From a virus (Duplodnaviria > Caudoviricetes): a DNA stretch of 64,000 bases. The stretch spans positions 32,001 to 96,000 of IMG/VR virus record IMGVR_UViG_3300028797_000100; one strand, given 5' to 3'. Shown piece by piece: positions 1 to 12,084 of this stretch. The notes under the pieces are model-generated. The model searched no databases. It was given only the letters and a program-made list of their open reading frames with translations, and had not been told where the DNA came from. Each line of letters begins with the position of its first letter. Position 1 is the first letter of the stretch. A program made the translations under genes and the position numbers.

Positions 1-2
1 GT

Positions 3-3000
3 TCCAAAATTAATTGTACCAGTCATTGGGTAACTCGATCCACCAGACAATGGGAGATATCCTCCGGTAACAGCTGGGGCATATGCTGTTGAAGCTGTAT
101 AAGCAGCTGAACCTAAACCATATACACTGACAGCTTTTCCAGCTACATTGATAGTACCATTTCCAGTTGTACTTGTGCCATTGGAAATATCAGCTCTGTC
201 AATGAGCATTTTCCATGTTTGTGAATAAGATGATCCATTACATGTATATTCGGCAATATGAGCTGTTGGGAATTTAACATAACCCGATGTTGGCGTGAAT
301 CCTGACGTTGATGGTGCTGAATGAATTCGTAATCTAAATACTCCGGTTTGATAATCCGTTGCATAACCATCAAATTCAATTATAACACCAGCAAGTTGCA
401 TTTCATAATTTGTTCCGTCTATTGTTAACTGAAGAATGTCATTATCATCATATGCCCATGTTGTGAGTAATGTTAACGATCTGCGTGAATTAGATGTGAT
501 GTATTCTTTGGTAGTTATCAACCATGTCATCAACGTTTGTAATGAAATACGACTTTGTTTGGTCGAACCAGTTTGAACTGCAAAAGCAGCCGGAGGAACA
601 GTATAAGCATGATTATGTGATGGAAGTGAAGTAAGGAATGTGGATCCTTTAGTGAAAGTAATCTTTCTGTTATCTCCATCATTCGCTATAGATGCAGATG
701 TAATAGCATTACCGGAACCAGTTGTCGCAATAGTTATCAAAGCTTTAAATGTGTTCCATAATGCAGATATCGGCCTTCTGTGGTATGACGTAGTAGTTGT
801 GCCACCACCAGCATATTGTGCAATATAATAATCCGCAAGTTGAGGATTTGACGTTCCTTCACTAAGAAGATTTATTGCAGCATTAACTCCAGCATTCGTA
901 TTTGGTACATAGTCAGTTGTAGACTTCGTAACGATAGATCCGAATGCACCTTTATTGCAATATGCAAGATTAGATGATGTTCCAGAATAAGCACCGTTCC
1001 AATATGCTATTGAATTTACGGTTACTAATGCAGCATTTGCGGCAGCTCCACTAGACCATCCTATTGTACCAACAGATGTATTGTTTTTAACTGTAACATC
1101 AGCAGGAACACCGTTGCTGAAATAAACCGGTAAGTATGTTCCACCAGCATTCGTATTGAGTTTATTAGCGGAAGTTGCGGCTCCACCAGCTGACGAAGAT
1201 CCCGCATAACTATGTGTGTGACCTTCAAGAGATACTTTTGTCGAATTAGAATAAATATCTGATGGGAAGTAAGCTTTTTGATCTCTATCCCAATTGTACA
1301 AATGATCATAGTTGGCAAATGAACTTTTGCAATCATTACCCCAGAAGCTTCCAGAGAATCCAAGAATTCCAAAAATACCTGTGTAATTGTGATCACTTAC
1401 AGACGCTTGATCTGGATCAACATATGTATGTCTGAATACAAAAGCAAACTTCTTCATATTGGATGAACTAAATCTATATGTTGTTGATTCACTATGTGGG
1501 ATTGTAATCGTATATTCATACATCCAAGACGGTAATTCTTCACCTGTAAATATCTTAACGAAATCATTCGGTGCAGAAGCTGTTGCAACGTAGACATCGA
1601 CTGCTATTCGTTGATAACCCGCATCGAGATAGAAAACAAATCTATCAAGTACAACGTCACGTCCATCATTTTCTATGATGACACGTGTTTGCATATTGAC
1701 GGTTCTATTACCGGTAGTTGGTCCAATACTAATAGTACTTCCACGTTTACTAATAAACAGATCGCATTTAGCATTAGCAGATGTTCCCATATCTGTCCAT
1801 GAACTGCCACCATTAGTTGAGTATTGAATTGTGATTTTGTCTGCAGGCATGAAGGCCAGTTTATTAGCTTTATTGGCCGGAGTTAATGGCATCATGACAG
1901 GATTCATCGGTTTTGATGTAAGAACCCAATCGGAATAACCAGCAACATGTTCATCTGTTATGAAGTTGAACCATCTCTTATCTTCACCGTCATTTGTATG
2001 CTGGAACTGAGGAGGTCCCCAGAATGGTAATCTGAGAATATAACGATAAGAGGTACTGTGTGTAAATGTTAGATAATGGGCCCACCAAGTGTCACCACTA
2101 TTTCCCAATCTACCATCGGTTCCAGCGTAAGCACTCGATGTTTGATAATATGCCATGGTATATGCTTGATATGCATTTGCAGATGTTTCAGCAGAAGCTG
2201 GATTATATCTATATAAAGCACCATTGAAACTCTTGGCTGTTAACATACCAGCAGTGGTATCAAGATAAACACCAGTGTCAGCTATAGAAGTAACTGCCTG
2301 AGCCGTAGAAGTTGGTGTTGTGCTTGTACCAAGTAAGTATGCCTTTGTTGTAGTTCCAAGTGTAACATTAACTTTTGTATCAGTATTACCTGAACCTGGT
2401 AATGTATATGTTCTTGTATTTATTTTTGTAACATGTCCATTAGAATCGCGTGTAACTGATGTAACAGCAGAGAATGTTCCACCATGTGTTGTCGAACTTG
2501 AATCGGTTGAATCCGTTGACGTTGGTATTGATGGATGTGTTGTAAGGAATGTACTACCCTTAGTGAATGTAAGTTTCTGAGTAGATGAATCAAATGCAAC
2601 ACTTGTAACAGCATTACCAGAACCAGTGGTGGTGAAGTTTCCTGAATGTAAAGCGTAATATGCTGTATGATCCCATGATCCGGCAGTAGCACTTGATGCA
2701 GTGTATTTTGGCACTGATATCAATATGGATGAATTGCCTGTTAATGTACCACCAGAAGTTGTTGGTAATGTACCAGTCCAACCAGTTGAAATGTATGTAC
2801 CGCCTTTGTGATGGCGATTCGTACTCATCGTAGAACCGATCCACAGGTTTGAACCATTGTCATATACACCACCATATTCAGTACCACTTGAATCTTTCAG
2901 ATAGTAACCATGACTGGTTGCAGCTGTTTTATGATCTGTGGCTGTTAAAATACCATTAACAGTTGCATTGCCGTTAAGATATGTTGTACCATTCACATAT

Positions 3001-5339
3001 AGATTGTATGATGTGTTTGGAAGATCGGTACCTATACTGATACTAGTTTTTGCATGGAAACGTTTTGAAATAACATTCCAATCTGTTTGATTAGATACAA
3101 AGTGCCAGCTAACACCTGCAGCCGCAGAATCATGATCAGTAAATATGATCGCACCATCCTGACCACCTCCGATATTGAGTGAAGATGCTGTATTGAAATT
3201 AATCTGAGGACCTCCATCACCATATGAAATGATTCCTGTTGTTCCACTGATTAGAGATGCAGCATCATTACCAACACCAGCTCCGTATATATGAAGTATT
3301 CTACGAGAAACAGGAGTCGATGCAGTTGAATTGATTTCATCATATGCAACATATCCTGATGGTGAAAGCGTATTATTAGCGCTATAATATGCAACTTTCT
3401 TGGCTGTGCCGGCGCTAACAGTTGAACTCAAACTATATGTGCAGTTGGTAGCTGTACCGGATGAAATGTATATCGGCTGAGTTGCACTACCCTTTGAAAC
3501 GGCTGTCGCTGAATCAACATGTCCATCTGTATTTACTGTGATATTGTACAAACCAGCTGTTGAAGCTGCACTGTTAAGCACTTTCATATGTTTGATGTCA
3601 TATGTTGAAGATCCTGATGTTAATGTACCGAGTTTTGTACCAGCTGCTGAAGTTGAATATGATACCGTTGCAGATGAACCAGTGTCACCTTTTTCACCTT
3701 TAAGATTCTTAAATGCAAAAGCGAATGTTCTGGCTGATGCGGTACCTCCGGCTGTTACGGTAACAGAAGGAGTTCCTACATTCGCATCTACAGTTGCAGT
3801 GGCTCCAGTTATGGTTGCATTTGTACCAGCCGCACCTGTATCACCTTTAGCACCTTTCAGATTGGTGAAAGCAAATGCGAACGTACGAGCAGAAGCGGTT
3901 CCACCTGCAGTAACAGTAACCCCTGGTGTTCCAGTGTTGGCGTCAACAGTTGCGGTTGCACCGGTGATCGTAGCATTGGTACCTGCAGCACCAGTCTCAC
4001 CCTTGTCACCTTTATCTCCCTTATCACCCTTGGGGCCACGGACACCACAAAGGCTTGTACCATCATAATAGTACATTGGATGTTGAGCAAACAAAGCTAA
4101 CTGATAAACAGATGTACTATACATACATCCAAGGAGGATGTAATACTTACCAGATACAAATGTCTGTGTCAAACCATTTGTTGTAATAGAGAATGTATTA
4201 TCACTGTTAAGCACACACTCAAGATACACAGGTTTGTATTGAGCAAATCCAGATGATGATGTTTTGTTACAAGAATATCTCAAATCGATATTCGCAAACT
4301 GTTCATACAGATAATTGTTTCCAATAACACTTCCATTGGCATATGTAGCATTCTGACTCTGATACATAATTACCGGAGGATACATGAACTTTGCAGTTGT
4401 ATTGAACTGCTTGGTTGTTGTTGGAGAACCATTGGCATCACCAGTTGTAGTAAATGCTTCCATTCTCTGAGCATTATTCATTGCACATATCGAATATCTG
4501 AATACACCAACTCCTCCAGCATAGATTCTGGTTTGCATTGATGTACGATCATATGTGTTTCCTGAATCATAGTAATCGATACCTTGCCATACACCTCCAG
4601 AAACAGTAACACGATCGTTACCTCCATTAAGGGGAAACATACTAGCAGCACTACCGTCACTTTTGAAGATGAACACAGCGTAGTTTCCATTTGCATAATG
4701 TGTTGTCAATCTGCTTGTGCTTGTTACGACAGCAGGATGATATGATGCACCATTATTAATTGAAATATATACACCATAATCATGTCCAGCAACAGGTATT
4801 TTTACTGTAATGATATCACCATCTGAAGGTGTTTGTCCGGTATCATATGTCCATTTTGCCGGAAAATATCTAGGGCTAACACCACTACCTTTATCTTGTG
4901 CAGCAGTACCAGTACCTTTGACTATGTAATTGAGAGCTTTTGTGGTAGTAACTCTATCAGTCAAAGTTCCTCCTGATAATGGAAGATATGCCGTTGGATC
5001 GAATTCGCCGACAATCTGATAGTATGATCCATCATAGACGAACATCATATATCTATTGGCAGCTAACTGTCCAGCATTCTCGAGGTTTGCATTTTTATAT
5101 TTAATTGATTTAGCACCAGTACCATCAACGTTTAATGTTAATGATGAAACAGATGCGGTATTTGTGTTTGCAAATTTTACAACAACCCATGCACCAGTAT
5201 ACAGTTTGAAATTTCCGATTGTAACTGTTTTTGCAGCAGTAGCAGCGGCATCAGAACACGAACCAACATGGGGAAACAATTCTCGTACATCATAAGTTGT
5301 ACCATTTGTTCCAGTAATTTTTGAAACATAATTTGCCAT
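3..5339 (-). CDS. Long tail fibre protein (>=1779 aa, runs off the 5' edge of the window; absent from the ORF track)
   Basis: ATG at 5339 after RBS GGAAAGGAG. Manual translation stays open to the window edge: [20 protein letters not shown]...[15 protein letters not shown]...[19 protein letters not shown] (collagen-like)...YLPLSGG x2, HTH/HNH motifs. Thr/Ser/Gly-rich. Confidence 0.85.
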   Translation of the reverse strand, partial: MANYVSKITGTNGTTYDVRELFPHVGSCSDAAATAAKTVTIGNFKLYTGAWVVVKFANTNTASVSSLTLNVDGTGAKSIKYKNANLENAGQLAANRYMMFVYDGSYYQIVGEFDPTAYLPLSGGTLTDRVTTTKALNYIVKGTGTAAQDKGSGVSPRYFPAKWTYDTGQTPSDGDIITVKIPVAGHDYGVYISINNGASYHPAVVTSTSRLTTHYANGNYAVFIFKSDGSAASMFPLNGGNDRVTVSGGVWQGIDYYDSGNTYDRTSMQTRIYAGGVGVFRYSICAMNNAQRMEAFTTTGDANGSPTTTKQFNTTAKFMYPPVIMYQSQNATYANGSVIGNNYLYEQFANIDLRYSCNKTSSSGFAQYKPVYLECVLNSDNTFSITTNGLTQTFVSGKYYILLGCMYSTSVYQLALFAQHPMYYYDGTSLCGVRGPKGDKGDKGDKGETGAAGTNATITGATATVDANTGTPGVTVTAGGTASARTFAFAFTNLKGAKGDTGAAGTNATITGATATVDANVGTPSVTVTAGGTASARTFAFAFKNLKGEKGDTGSSATVSYSTSAAGTKLGTLTSGSSTYDIKHMKVLNSAASTAGLYNITVNTDGHVDSATAVSKGSATQPIYISSGTATNCTYSLSSTVSAGTAKKVAYYSANNTLSPSGYVAYDEINSTASTPVSRRILHIYGAGVGNDAASLISGTTGIISYGDGGPQINFNTASSLNIGGGQDGAIIFTDHDSAAAGVSWHFVSNQTDWNVISKRFHAKTSISIGTDLPNTSYNLYVNGTTYLNGNATVNGILTATDHKTAATSHGYYLKDSSGTEYGGVYDNGSNLWIGSTMSTNRHHKGGTYISTGWTGTLPTTSGGTLTGNSSILISVPKYTASSATAGSWDHTAYYALHSGNFTTTGSGNAVTSVAFDSSTQKLTFTKGSTFLTTHPSIPTSTDSTDSSSTTHGGTFSAVTSVTRDSNGHVTKINTRTYTLPGSGNTDTKVNVTLGTTTKAYLLGTSTTPTSTAQAVTSIADTGVYLDTTAGMLTAKSFNGALYRYNPASAETSANAYQAYTMAYYQTSSAYAGTDGRLGNSGDTWWAHYLTFTHSTSYRYILRLPFWGPPQFQHTNDGEDKRWFNFITDEHVAGYSDWVLTSKPMNPVMMPLTPANKANKLAFMPADKITIQYSTNGGSSWTDMGTSANAKCDLFISKRGSTISIGPTTGNRTVNMQTRVIIENDGRDVVLDRFVFYLDAGYQRIAVDVYVATASAPNDFVKIFTGEELPSWMYEYTITIPHSESTTYRFSSSNMKKFAFVFRHTYVDPDQASVSDHNYTGIFGILGFSGSFWGNDCKSSFANYDHLYNWDRDQKAYFPSDIYSNSTKVSLEGHTHSYAGSSSAGGAATSANKLNTNAGGTYLPVYFSNGVPADVTVKNNTSVGTIGWSSGAAANAALVTVNSIAYWNGAYSGTSSNLAYCNKGAFGSIVTKSTTDYVPNTNAGVNAAINLLSEGTSNPQLADYYIAQYAGGGTTTTSYHRRPISALWNTFKALITIATTGSGNAITSASIANDGDNRKITFTKGSTFLTSLPSHNHAYTVPPAAFAVQTGSTKQSRISLQTLMTWLITTKEYITSNSRRSLTLLTTWAYDDNDILQLTIDGTNYEMQLAGVIIEFDGYATDYQTGVFRLRIHSAPSTSGFTPTSGYVKFPTAHIAEYTCNGSSYSQTWKMLIDRADISNGTSTTGNGTINVAGKAVSVYGLGSAAYTASTAYAPAVTGGYLPLSGGSSYPMTGTINFG
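3681..3992 (-). repeat. Tandem 156-nt (52-aa) duplication next to collagen-like repeats in the tail fibre
   Basis: Two copies of [52 protein letters not shown] (3837-3992 and 3681-3836), 48/52 aa identical. Confidence 0.9.
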
Positions 5340-5371
5340 TGTTGAAAACTCCTTTCCTTTATTAATGGAAA

Positions 5372-5386
5372 CTTACATGAACGTTT
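5372..5386 (-). promoter_or_regulatory. Putative late promoter AAAC-N7-TAAG
   Basis: AAACGTTCATGTAAG lies just upstream of the tail fibre RBS; the same spacing recurs at 11196, 23677 and 34809. Confidence 0.6.
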
Positions 5387-5409
5387 TATGCAATAAAATC
5401 ATATAAAAT

Positions 5410-5434
5410 ATATCGGGGCATAATGCCCCGATAT
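5410..5434. terminator. Intrinsic terminator hairpin
   Basis: ATATCGGGGCA-TAA-TGCCCCGATAT just after the stop of the 403-aa gene; core identical to the hairpin at 37462. Confidence 0.75.
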
Positions 5435-5447
5435 ATTCTTTTTATTG

Positions 5448-6659
5448 TCAAGGAGTTGTATCAGGTGTAACAGTAATTGTTGCAGCTGTACCAGAGAATG
5501 TAGGCTGTGATACAGAACCTGCAGCTGTAGTAGTACCAGAGAGCTGAGTTTTGGTACCTGTAAATGTTGGCTGAGATACTGTACCGGATGCAGTTGTTGT
5601 ACCAGCAAGTTGTGTCTTTGTACCAGTAAACGTAGGCTGTGACACCGTACCAGTAGCAGTACCAGATACTGAGATTGATGTAGCAGTTGTAGAGAGACTT
5701 GTGGATGCACTTGTAGGAAGATCAAATGATGACGCAACAAGTCTTGCACCTGTACCAGTAAAGGTTGGTTGTGTAACTGATTTAACAGTTGTGGCAACCG
5801 TTGTAGCAGATCCCTTTGTAGGAAGTGTTCCAGCACTCCATGCAAATGTAAGATTCTCGTTTGTGGAATCATATGTTGCAGACCAAGCCGGAAGAGTTCC
5901 AACTGCAGTTATACTATTAACTGATGTAGTATTCATTGTTACAGCTGTACCAGTGCATGTTCCTTCTGGAGTATATGTCGCAGTACCAGTTGAAGCTTTA
6001 CTAACCTCAAGAGCTGTTGCCGTTGTAGACAATGTCGTTGAAGCACTTGTTGGCATATTGACAGAACCGGTTGATGTAAACGATGTGCCGGTAAATGTTG
6101 GTTGAGATACTGTACCCTTTGGCTGATAATTACCGGAAGTATTATCAGTAGCAGTAATTGTTACAGTAGATGAAGAACCAGTAAACGATGGCTGAGAAAC
6201 AGTACCTTTTGGTTGATAGTTACCGCTAGCATTATCAGTTGCTGTAATAGTAACAGATGAAGATGAACCAGTAAATGTTGGTTTGGATACCGTACCAGCC
6301 GGTGTGTATGATGTTGATGCAGTATCAACGAAAGCCATGGTACCAAGTTCGGACAAATCACCGAACTCGTGCCATGCTGTTCCATCGAATATGAATTCGT
6401 CAGCATCCTGGGTGACGATGTCACCGGCTATTGCGGTAACAGACTTTGTTGTACTACCTGAACCTTTTATGGTAACAGGGTTCTTTGTTGAACCATCTTC
6501 GATCTGGTTGGCAGCACCATCGGCAATTGAACCGATGTAATGCATACCTGATTCAATGAGTTCTTCTATATGGGCAATCTCGGTTCTAGACCAAGCGTCC
6601 TTTAAATCATAGACGGTACCGTTAGGCAACGTGATTTGAGAAATTAAAGCATTCGGCAT
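5448..6659 (-). CDS. Thr-rich fibre-like virion protein with GTVSQPTFTG repeats
   Basis: 403-aa ORF with RBS GAAAGGTAGG; about 7 copies of GTVS[QK]P[TS]F[TS]G; N-terminus ISQITLPNGTVYDLKD resembles the N-terminus of the neighbouring fibre. Confidence 0.7.
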   Translation of the reverse strand: MPNALISQITLPNGTVYDLKDAWSRTEIAHIEELIESGMHYIGSIADGAANQIEDGSTKNPVTIKGSGSTTKSVTAIAGDIVTQDADEFIFDGTAWHEFGDLSELGTMAFVDTASTSYTPAGTVSKPTFTGSSSSVTITATDNASGNYQPKGTVSQPSFTGSSSTVTITATDNTSGNYQPKGTVSQPTFTGTSFTSTGSVNMPTSASTTLSTTATALEVSKASTGTATYTPEGTCTGTAVTMNTTSVNSITAVGTLPAWSATYDSTNENLTFAWSAGTLPTKGSATTVATTVKSVTQPTFTGTGARLVASSFDLPTSASTSLSTTATSISVSGTATGTVSQPTFTGTKTQLAGTTTASGTVSQPTFTGTKTQLSGTTTAAGSVSQPTFSGTAATITVTPDTTP

Positions 6660-6679
6660 ATTTATAACCTACCTTTCAT

Positions 6680-9600
6680 TTATGTATTATAGAACTCAAG
6701 ATTTTCAGATGATGGATTAGTTACACGAACACCAACTCTATCATCTTGTAAATATTGAACTTCTTGTTCCAAACGTTCTATATGTTCGATAGCTTCATTC
6801 ACTTTCTCAAATGCAGTGTCATATGTTTCACCGTCTTCAATGAGATGAAGCTCTCCTGTATAATATACGTCACTATCAAAGGTGACCGCTGTTGTTGGAT
6901 CTAGACCAACATAGTGTTTATCATACCATGTCGTACTTACAAATGTGTCACCAGCTGTACCGAGAACATAGTTGTCATTCTCATATTTGTAATGTTGTGT
7001 CGGATCCCAATCTGGAGGTGCTGTAGTTATTTCATCATATGTGAGTTCGAAATATTTGTCCCAGTGATCATCCCAGTCTGCAGGTTTAGTATGTAATAAC
7101 ACATATGAATCTGTCGTGTTTACTCGAACATACTGCGTACCACTACCAATCGCTTCGATCGCACCATTGGCATCAAACTGAAGGCCATCACCTAATTTCG
7201 CCGTGATGACGTTATTCAATGGAACTACTTTGTCGAATGTAATATTCGAGTATCTCTCGGAATTTCCAGTTGAAGCAACACCAAATCTGAGAGATAATTT
7301 AGTACATGTGCTCGATGTTGTGAATATGTTTACATTCGTATTGGCATTGTTTACAATGTACATTACACCGGTATATGTTGTACCACTAACTTCAAACACG
7401 AACATATTTCCAGACGTACCGTTTGTAGATTCCCAAGATACTCTGTACTTTGTGTTTGGTTCGGCAGTTATATAGTAACCACTCCATCCATCATAATGAT
7501 CTGTAAAACAATCGTTATTTGTTGCTGTTAATGTAAAGGCATCTAATGCCGGTGTTTTTGAAATGTTGCCGTTACTTGCACCGATTACATTTATGAATGC
7601 GCTCTGATTAAACTCTGTCGGTATTAATGTTTCACCACCGAACTCAATACCTTGACCTGGATAATACAGATTTGAATCAATTTCAATCGCATCATTGGAA
7701 TCAAAGTGTAATCCATCACCAAGTTTTACCTGAAGTTTATCTAATGAATCAAATTCAAGGCCCTTCGCTATGTCAGCATTGATTATAGTTGTATTTGGAT
7801 CAAAGTTATCTATTTCATAGAAATGAATGTTTGAATAACTGATAGTATCTCCAGAGTTTTGAACACCAAAACGGAAATTGATCGTTCCTGATGTAACTGC
7901 AGTGAATTCAAGATAATCTTGAACTGATTGGTCTACCCAATGCAAATTTGTTTCCGAAACATTTTCAAATGCAAAAATTCTGCCTGACACTGACGGATTA
8001 CTTGAATCCCATGTTAAACGATAAACATGACCGGCAACAATAGGAAACGTATATACATTTTGAGCACTCGTGTTTGAATAAGGTCCAGTATAACAATCAT
8101 TACCAGTAGCTGTTAAAGTAAGCACCTCATGTTCTGAATCAACTGTCTTGGTACCATTATGCATTGATGTGATTTTTGCCACAAATGCATCAAAATCAAA
8201 ACCCAAATCAGTCATTCCTGGATGTGTAAATGTGATACCGTCACCAGCCACATATTCGCCACCACTACTACCGGGTATTGCCCATGTACCATCTCCTCTA
8301 AGGAATTTGGTGTTGTCAGTAGCGCCTGGTGCTGGAACAATACCTGCGGTACCAGCATTAGTACCGTCAGCACCAGTCATCTCATCAACAGTTATAGCAT
8401 CATTAGAATCAAATGATAAACCATTACCCAATTTAGCATTTATTGATATTGGGAAATCTGATCTTACTGGACCAGCAATCAAATCGCTTCCTGATGGAGC
8501 ATAGAATAAGTCGTTGACCAAATCATATAGACCTACAACATGTTGTGGTGACTCACATGGAATGAGTCTTCGAATACGAGTATTGTTGTTATCATATATA
8601 TCAACACTGTATATCTTTACGCTTGAACCAAACCCGCTTGATGTAAACGGTGAGAATAATTTGAATGTATCATTACTGGCTCCGGTGCTACTACCATCCG
8701 TAACAGAAGAACCATCTACTTCAAGACGACATGGATTTATTTCGTCATGATGCCATATGGCTGTATTTCGCTGAGTTGTATCGGAATTCGCGATGACTCC
8801 ACTCATTTCGAATTGTTCAGAAACATTTGAACCAAAATACGTTCCCGAGTTCAAACCAATACCCATAAGCTGTCTGTGATTAGATGCATCATATTGGAGA
8901 TCCATATAAGCGGTAAAACCATGTGAAACTCCTGTGTCGATATATGATAAGGTGCCGTCACTTGCGACATACTCGAGCTGAATATATCCAGTAGGTAGGT
9001 CAGATGCTTGTGCAAATGAAATACCATCACCCGCAACATATTCATTACCACCAGTGGCATCGAGCACACCAGTTACTGGGTCAATCGTGAGATTGTTACC
9101 AACCTTAATACCACCGAGAGTTGTATCAGAAGCAATTGGTAAAGGTTCACTTGGGATAGTAAGTGTCTTATCAACGTTATCACGATAATGAAATGTCAAT
9201 TCATTTAAAGCGTTCGGATCCTCTTGTGTAACATCCAAGATACCATCATTGTATATGATACCTGTGTATTCTGACATTGGATCATCTGGATCCGGATCAG
9301 GTGGTACAACAGTCTCCATATAAACATCGAGTGGTTTAGTCGTTGTCAATACATCTATTGTATTGATAGTATTGGGTATCAATTGAATCTGCTGCAATGG
9401 AATTGGAACTGGATTGATTACTTCCTTCAATCTATACAGAACTGGGTCAATGAAGTAATCGGGATCACTAGCTACAACCGATGATGCAATACGTAAATAT
9501 TTCTCACCGAGTAATGGTGTAATTATTACCTTTGAATATTGTCCACGTAAAATCGTTCTCGTACGATTGTAATTCGCATCATACATATTAACATTGGCAT

Positions 9601-11167
9601 ATTGATAAAAATTGACATCGGTACCATAATTTGACATCGCTGGTAATTCATATTGAGCATCTGCTTCGATTTCATAGTAATCGGACAATGCAAATTGTGG
9701 CCAACGGCCTGGTGGGTTGTTGAAATCACCATTGGCATCAATACCTGATAACCTGCTGACCGCAATGAGATTTTGAAAAGTATTTGTGAGATTGGTTTTT
9801 GTTACACAATACTCTTGAGTCTCATAATTGATCCAATCGTTTTCATACAATGGATCATTTATTTGGACAACTGTTGTTATCGATGTATGACCTTCTGCCG
9901 ATACTTCTATCGGTATATGGTACCTACCCGTCGTTGAATTATAATCACCAACACCACCAGGTGCACCGTAAATGATATATTGTTTTACATATCCACCCTT
10001 GGCATATAACTTGAAGGGAAATGAATCTGCGGTTACTTCACCAGATAGAATGTAAATTCCTTCACCGGCTTTGTACTTGTCTCCGGTTGCTTTAATCAGA
10101 GCCCATGTACCATCACCACGTAGGAAGTAATTCTGACATCCCATCTCGGGTGCAGGTACATAACCCATGACACCATCCCATGTAGGACCAGCACCTATAA
10201 AGGTAGATATCTGAGACAAACGATACAATTCATTCTGCTGTTCAACAGTAAATGATGCAGTCGTTCCATCCAATAAATCTTTATTAGCGTGAGTATGCGA
10301 CTTTGTTTTCAAGTCCGAAATATCACGAGTAACGATTACATACGTCGCAGCAAGCTCATCTATTGCATCCAACTTCTCTTGAGTAATTCCATCAAGAACA
10401 GTTTTGTTTGCATGAGTATGGGCTTTTTCTTCAACTGCAACCAATCTTACTTTTACTTCAGTATCATCATAATTATGAAGATCATCGAACTTAGTTCTAT
10501 CAGCTGTAGTCCATAATGATGATGCAGTAATGGTATCAAGTAAAGCTTTATTTGGATGAACATGGGTTGCTCTGGCAATTAATTCACGAAGTTCAGTATC
10601 GTCATAATTATGAAGATCATCGAACTTATCACGATCTGCCTGAGTGATACCATCCAATATATCTTTATTGGCATGAGTATGTGCCTTAGGATATATCTCA
10701 TCCACTTTATCTTTTACTGCATTGAATTCCGGTTTTGTTACAAAGTCTGATGGATCTATATCAGATGAATTTACATCAATCCATCTATCACCAATCCACG
10801 CATACAAGTCTGGATCAGCAGTTGTTGATGATTTGACAAATCTAACATCACCAAGTTTATTATCGTTGGATGGTAAGTCATCTGCAGAGTCATAAACATC
10901 AGTGGACATAATTGCCATACGATTCAGATTGTCAAACAGATTGTCAACTTCTTCTTTCGTATAGTAATTCGTCAAATCACCATGATCACATATGTACGGA
11001 AGTTGTTTGAAGTATTTGTTTCCTTCACCAACTTTCAATTTGGTTTTACCTTCGGGAGTTAGTTCAACACATAAACATCCACGTGGTACAACCCAATATT
11101 CTACAGCACGTTCATCCCACTGGGCAGTGGTTTTTACAACATGCTGATGCGAATCATTATTAGGCAT
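6680..11167 (-). CDS. Modular tail fibre/receptor-binding protein (Mtd-N/hyaluronidase-N-like anchor, HxH repeats, CBM-like modules)
   Basis: Likely start ATG 11167 after RBS GAAAGGAG (track starts at 11218). N-terminal TTAQW...KLKVGEG...LPY motif, HTHANK-type repeats x4, FLRGDGTW x2, YxAGxGI and KLGxGLxFDxNxAI linkers. Confidence 0.8.
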   Translation of the reverse strand: MPNNDSHQHVVKTTAQWDERAVEYWVVPRGCLCVELTPEGKTKLKVGEGNKYFKQLPYICDHGDLTNYYTKEEVDNLFDNLNRMAIMSTDVYDSADDLPSNDNKLGDVRFVKSSTTADPDLYAWIGDRWIDVNSSDIDPSDFVTKPEFNAVKDKVDEIYPKAHTHANKDILDGITQADRDKFDDLHNYDDTELRELIARATHVHPNKALLDTITASSLWTTADRTKFDDLHNYDDTEVKVRLVAVEEKAHTHANKTVLDGITQEKLDAIDELAATYVIVTRDISDLKTKSHTHANKDLLDGTTASFTVEQQNELYRLSQISTFIGAGPTWDGVMGYVPAPEMGCQNYFLRGDGTWALIKATGDKYKAGEGIYILSGEVTADSFPFKLYAKGGYVKQYIIYGAPGGVGDYNSTTGRYHIPIEVSAEGHTSITTVVQINDPLYENDWINYETQEYCVTKTNLTNTFQNLIAVSRLSGIDANGDFNNPPGRWPQFALSDYYEIEADAQYELPAMSNYGTDVNFYQYANVNMYDANYNRTRTILRGQYSKVIITPLLGEKYLRIASSVVASDPDYFIDPVLYRLKEVINPVPIPLQQIQLIPNTINTIDVLTTTKPLDVYMETVVPPDPDPDDPMSEYTGIIYNDGILDVTQEDPNALNELTFHYRDNVDKTLTIPSEPLPIASDTTLGGIKVGNNLTIDPVTGVLDATGGNEYVAGDGISFAQASDLPTGYIQLEYVASDGTLSYIDTGVSHGFTAYMDLQYDASNHRQLMGIGLNSGTYFGSNVSEQFEMSGVIANSDTTQRNTAIWHHDEINPCRLEVDGSSVTDGSSTGASNDTFKLFSPFTSSGFGSSVKIYSVDIYDNNNTRIRRLIPCESPQHVVGLYDLVNDLFYAPSGSDLIAGPVRSDFPISINAKLGNGLSFDSNDAITVDEMTGADGTNAGTAGIVPAPGATDNTKFLRGDGTWAIPGSSGGEYVAGDGITFTHPGMTDLGFDFDAFVAKITSMHNGTKTVDSEHEVLTLTATGNDCYTGPYSNTSAQNVYTFPIVAGHVYRLTWDSSNPSVSGRIFAFENVSETNLHWVDQSVQDYLEFTAVTSGTINFRFGVQNSGDTISYSNIHFYEIDNFDPNTTIINADIAKGLEFDSLDKLQVKLGDGLHFDSNDAIEIDSNLYYPGQGIEFGGETLIPTEFNQSAFINVIGASNGNISKTPALDAFTLTATNNDCFTDHYDGWSGYYITAEPNTKYRVSWESTNGTSGNMFVFEVSGTTYTGVMYIVNNANTNVNIFTTSSTCTKLSLRFGVASTGNSERYSNITFDKVVPLNNVITAKLGDGLQFDANGAIEAIGSGTQYVRVNTTDSYVLLHTKPADWDDHWDKYFELTYDEITTAPPDWDPTQHYKYENDNYVLGTAGDTFVSTTWYDKHYVGLDPTTAVTFDSDVYYTGELHLIEDGETYDTAFEKVNEAIEHIERLEQEVQYLQDDRVGVRVTNPSSENLEFYNT

Positions 11168-11195
11168 ATAATGTAATCTCTCCTTTCTTACAAGA

Positions 11196-11210
11196 GTTAC
11201 AAGGTCGTTT
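11196..11210 (-). promoter_or_regulatory. Putative late promoter AAAC-N7-TAA
   Basis: AAACGACCTTGTAAC upstream of the RBS of the 11167 gene. Confidence 0.55.
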
Positions 11211-11237
11211 GTGATCATTTTTTATACAATATAAATA

Positions 11238-11247
11238 TATATTATTA
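11238..11247 (+). promoter_or_regulatory. Putative early promoter TATATTATTA
   Basis: Same motif precedes plus-strand gene islands at 27256, 42771 and 57000. Confidence 0.6.
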
Positions 11248-11299
11248 TTCGGAAGGCTATGGACCTATCATAAAGAAAGACGAAAGGAAGTGTTTATTC

Positions 11300-11707
11300 A
11301 TGAATGCTGTTAGAGCGATGAATAAATCCAAATGCCAAAGATGTATGGAGAAAATGAAAGAAGAAGCCGAAAGGCAGATTGTCGAAAACACTTTAGAGAA
11401 CGAGTATAAGTTCTTTGAAGAGTTTGAACAAACTGCAGGCGAATCCATACGGACGGCAGATTTTACCTTATTCTTTTCCGCACTCATAAGTGTTGGTATC
11501 GAAGATAAGGAATTGATCAAGGATATATTCGAAAAGGTTGTAATGTATTCTTCAGTCAGTGAGTTATTCGGAAAGAAACTTACTATGGAAGATGTACAGA
11601 AACAACTGACTGAGGAGTATGGTTTAGATTTCAGAAGAATCGAATACCATCACGAGAAGTTGGAAGACTTTAAAGCAAGATATTGGAAAGAAAATCCAGA
11701 TAAATAA
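11300..11707 (+). CDS. Hypothetical protein
   Basis: 135-aa ORF, RBS GAAAGGAAG. Confidence 0.7.
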   Translation: MNAVRAMNKSKCQRCMEKMKEEAERQIVENTLENEYKFFEEFEQTAGESIRTADFTLFFSALISVGIEDKELIKDIFEKVVMYSSVSELFGKKLTMEDVQKQLTEEYGLDFRRIEYHHEKLEDFKARYWKENPDK

Positions 11708-11720
11708 AAGGAGGAATTTT

Positions 11721-12074
11721 ATGAAAGAAACATTGACAATCTTATTCCCGAAGGAAATCTCACCCGAAGACATTAAGGCACAGATCCCCGAAGAAGGTTT
11801 CTTAAGAATGTATGGTGATGGTAATCCGACAACAGAACACATCAACAATCCTTTCAAGCCCCATGCTATTATTAAGAATTTCATGTATGACGAGGAAGAA
11901 GGTTGGATGGGATTCGTTGAGGTACCGGCACAGTACGTAAGAAAATTCAAGACATATAATAATCCAGTGATAAAAGCAACATTAGCAGGCACAAAAGGAA
12001 ATTATAAGATATGCTATTTTGAATTATTTGAACCAGAGTGCTTATTAATGGACAGATTATATACAGGAAAATGA
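11721..12074 (+). CDS. Hypothetical protein
   Basis: 117-aa ORF, RBS AAGGAGG. Confidence 0.75.
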   Translation: MKETLTILFPKEISPEDIKAQIPEEGFLRMYGDGNPTTEHINNPFKPHAIIKNFMYDEEEGWMGFVEVPAQYVRKFKTYNNPVIKATLAGTKGNYKICYFELFEPECLLMDRLYTGK

Positions 12075-12084
12075 GGGATTAACA

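Noticed and set aside
143-5295. Many short ORFs listed across 143-5295
   Set aside because: They are shadow or antisense frames of the long tail fibre ORF 5339->3
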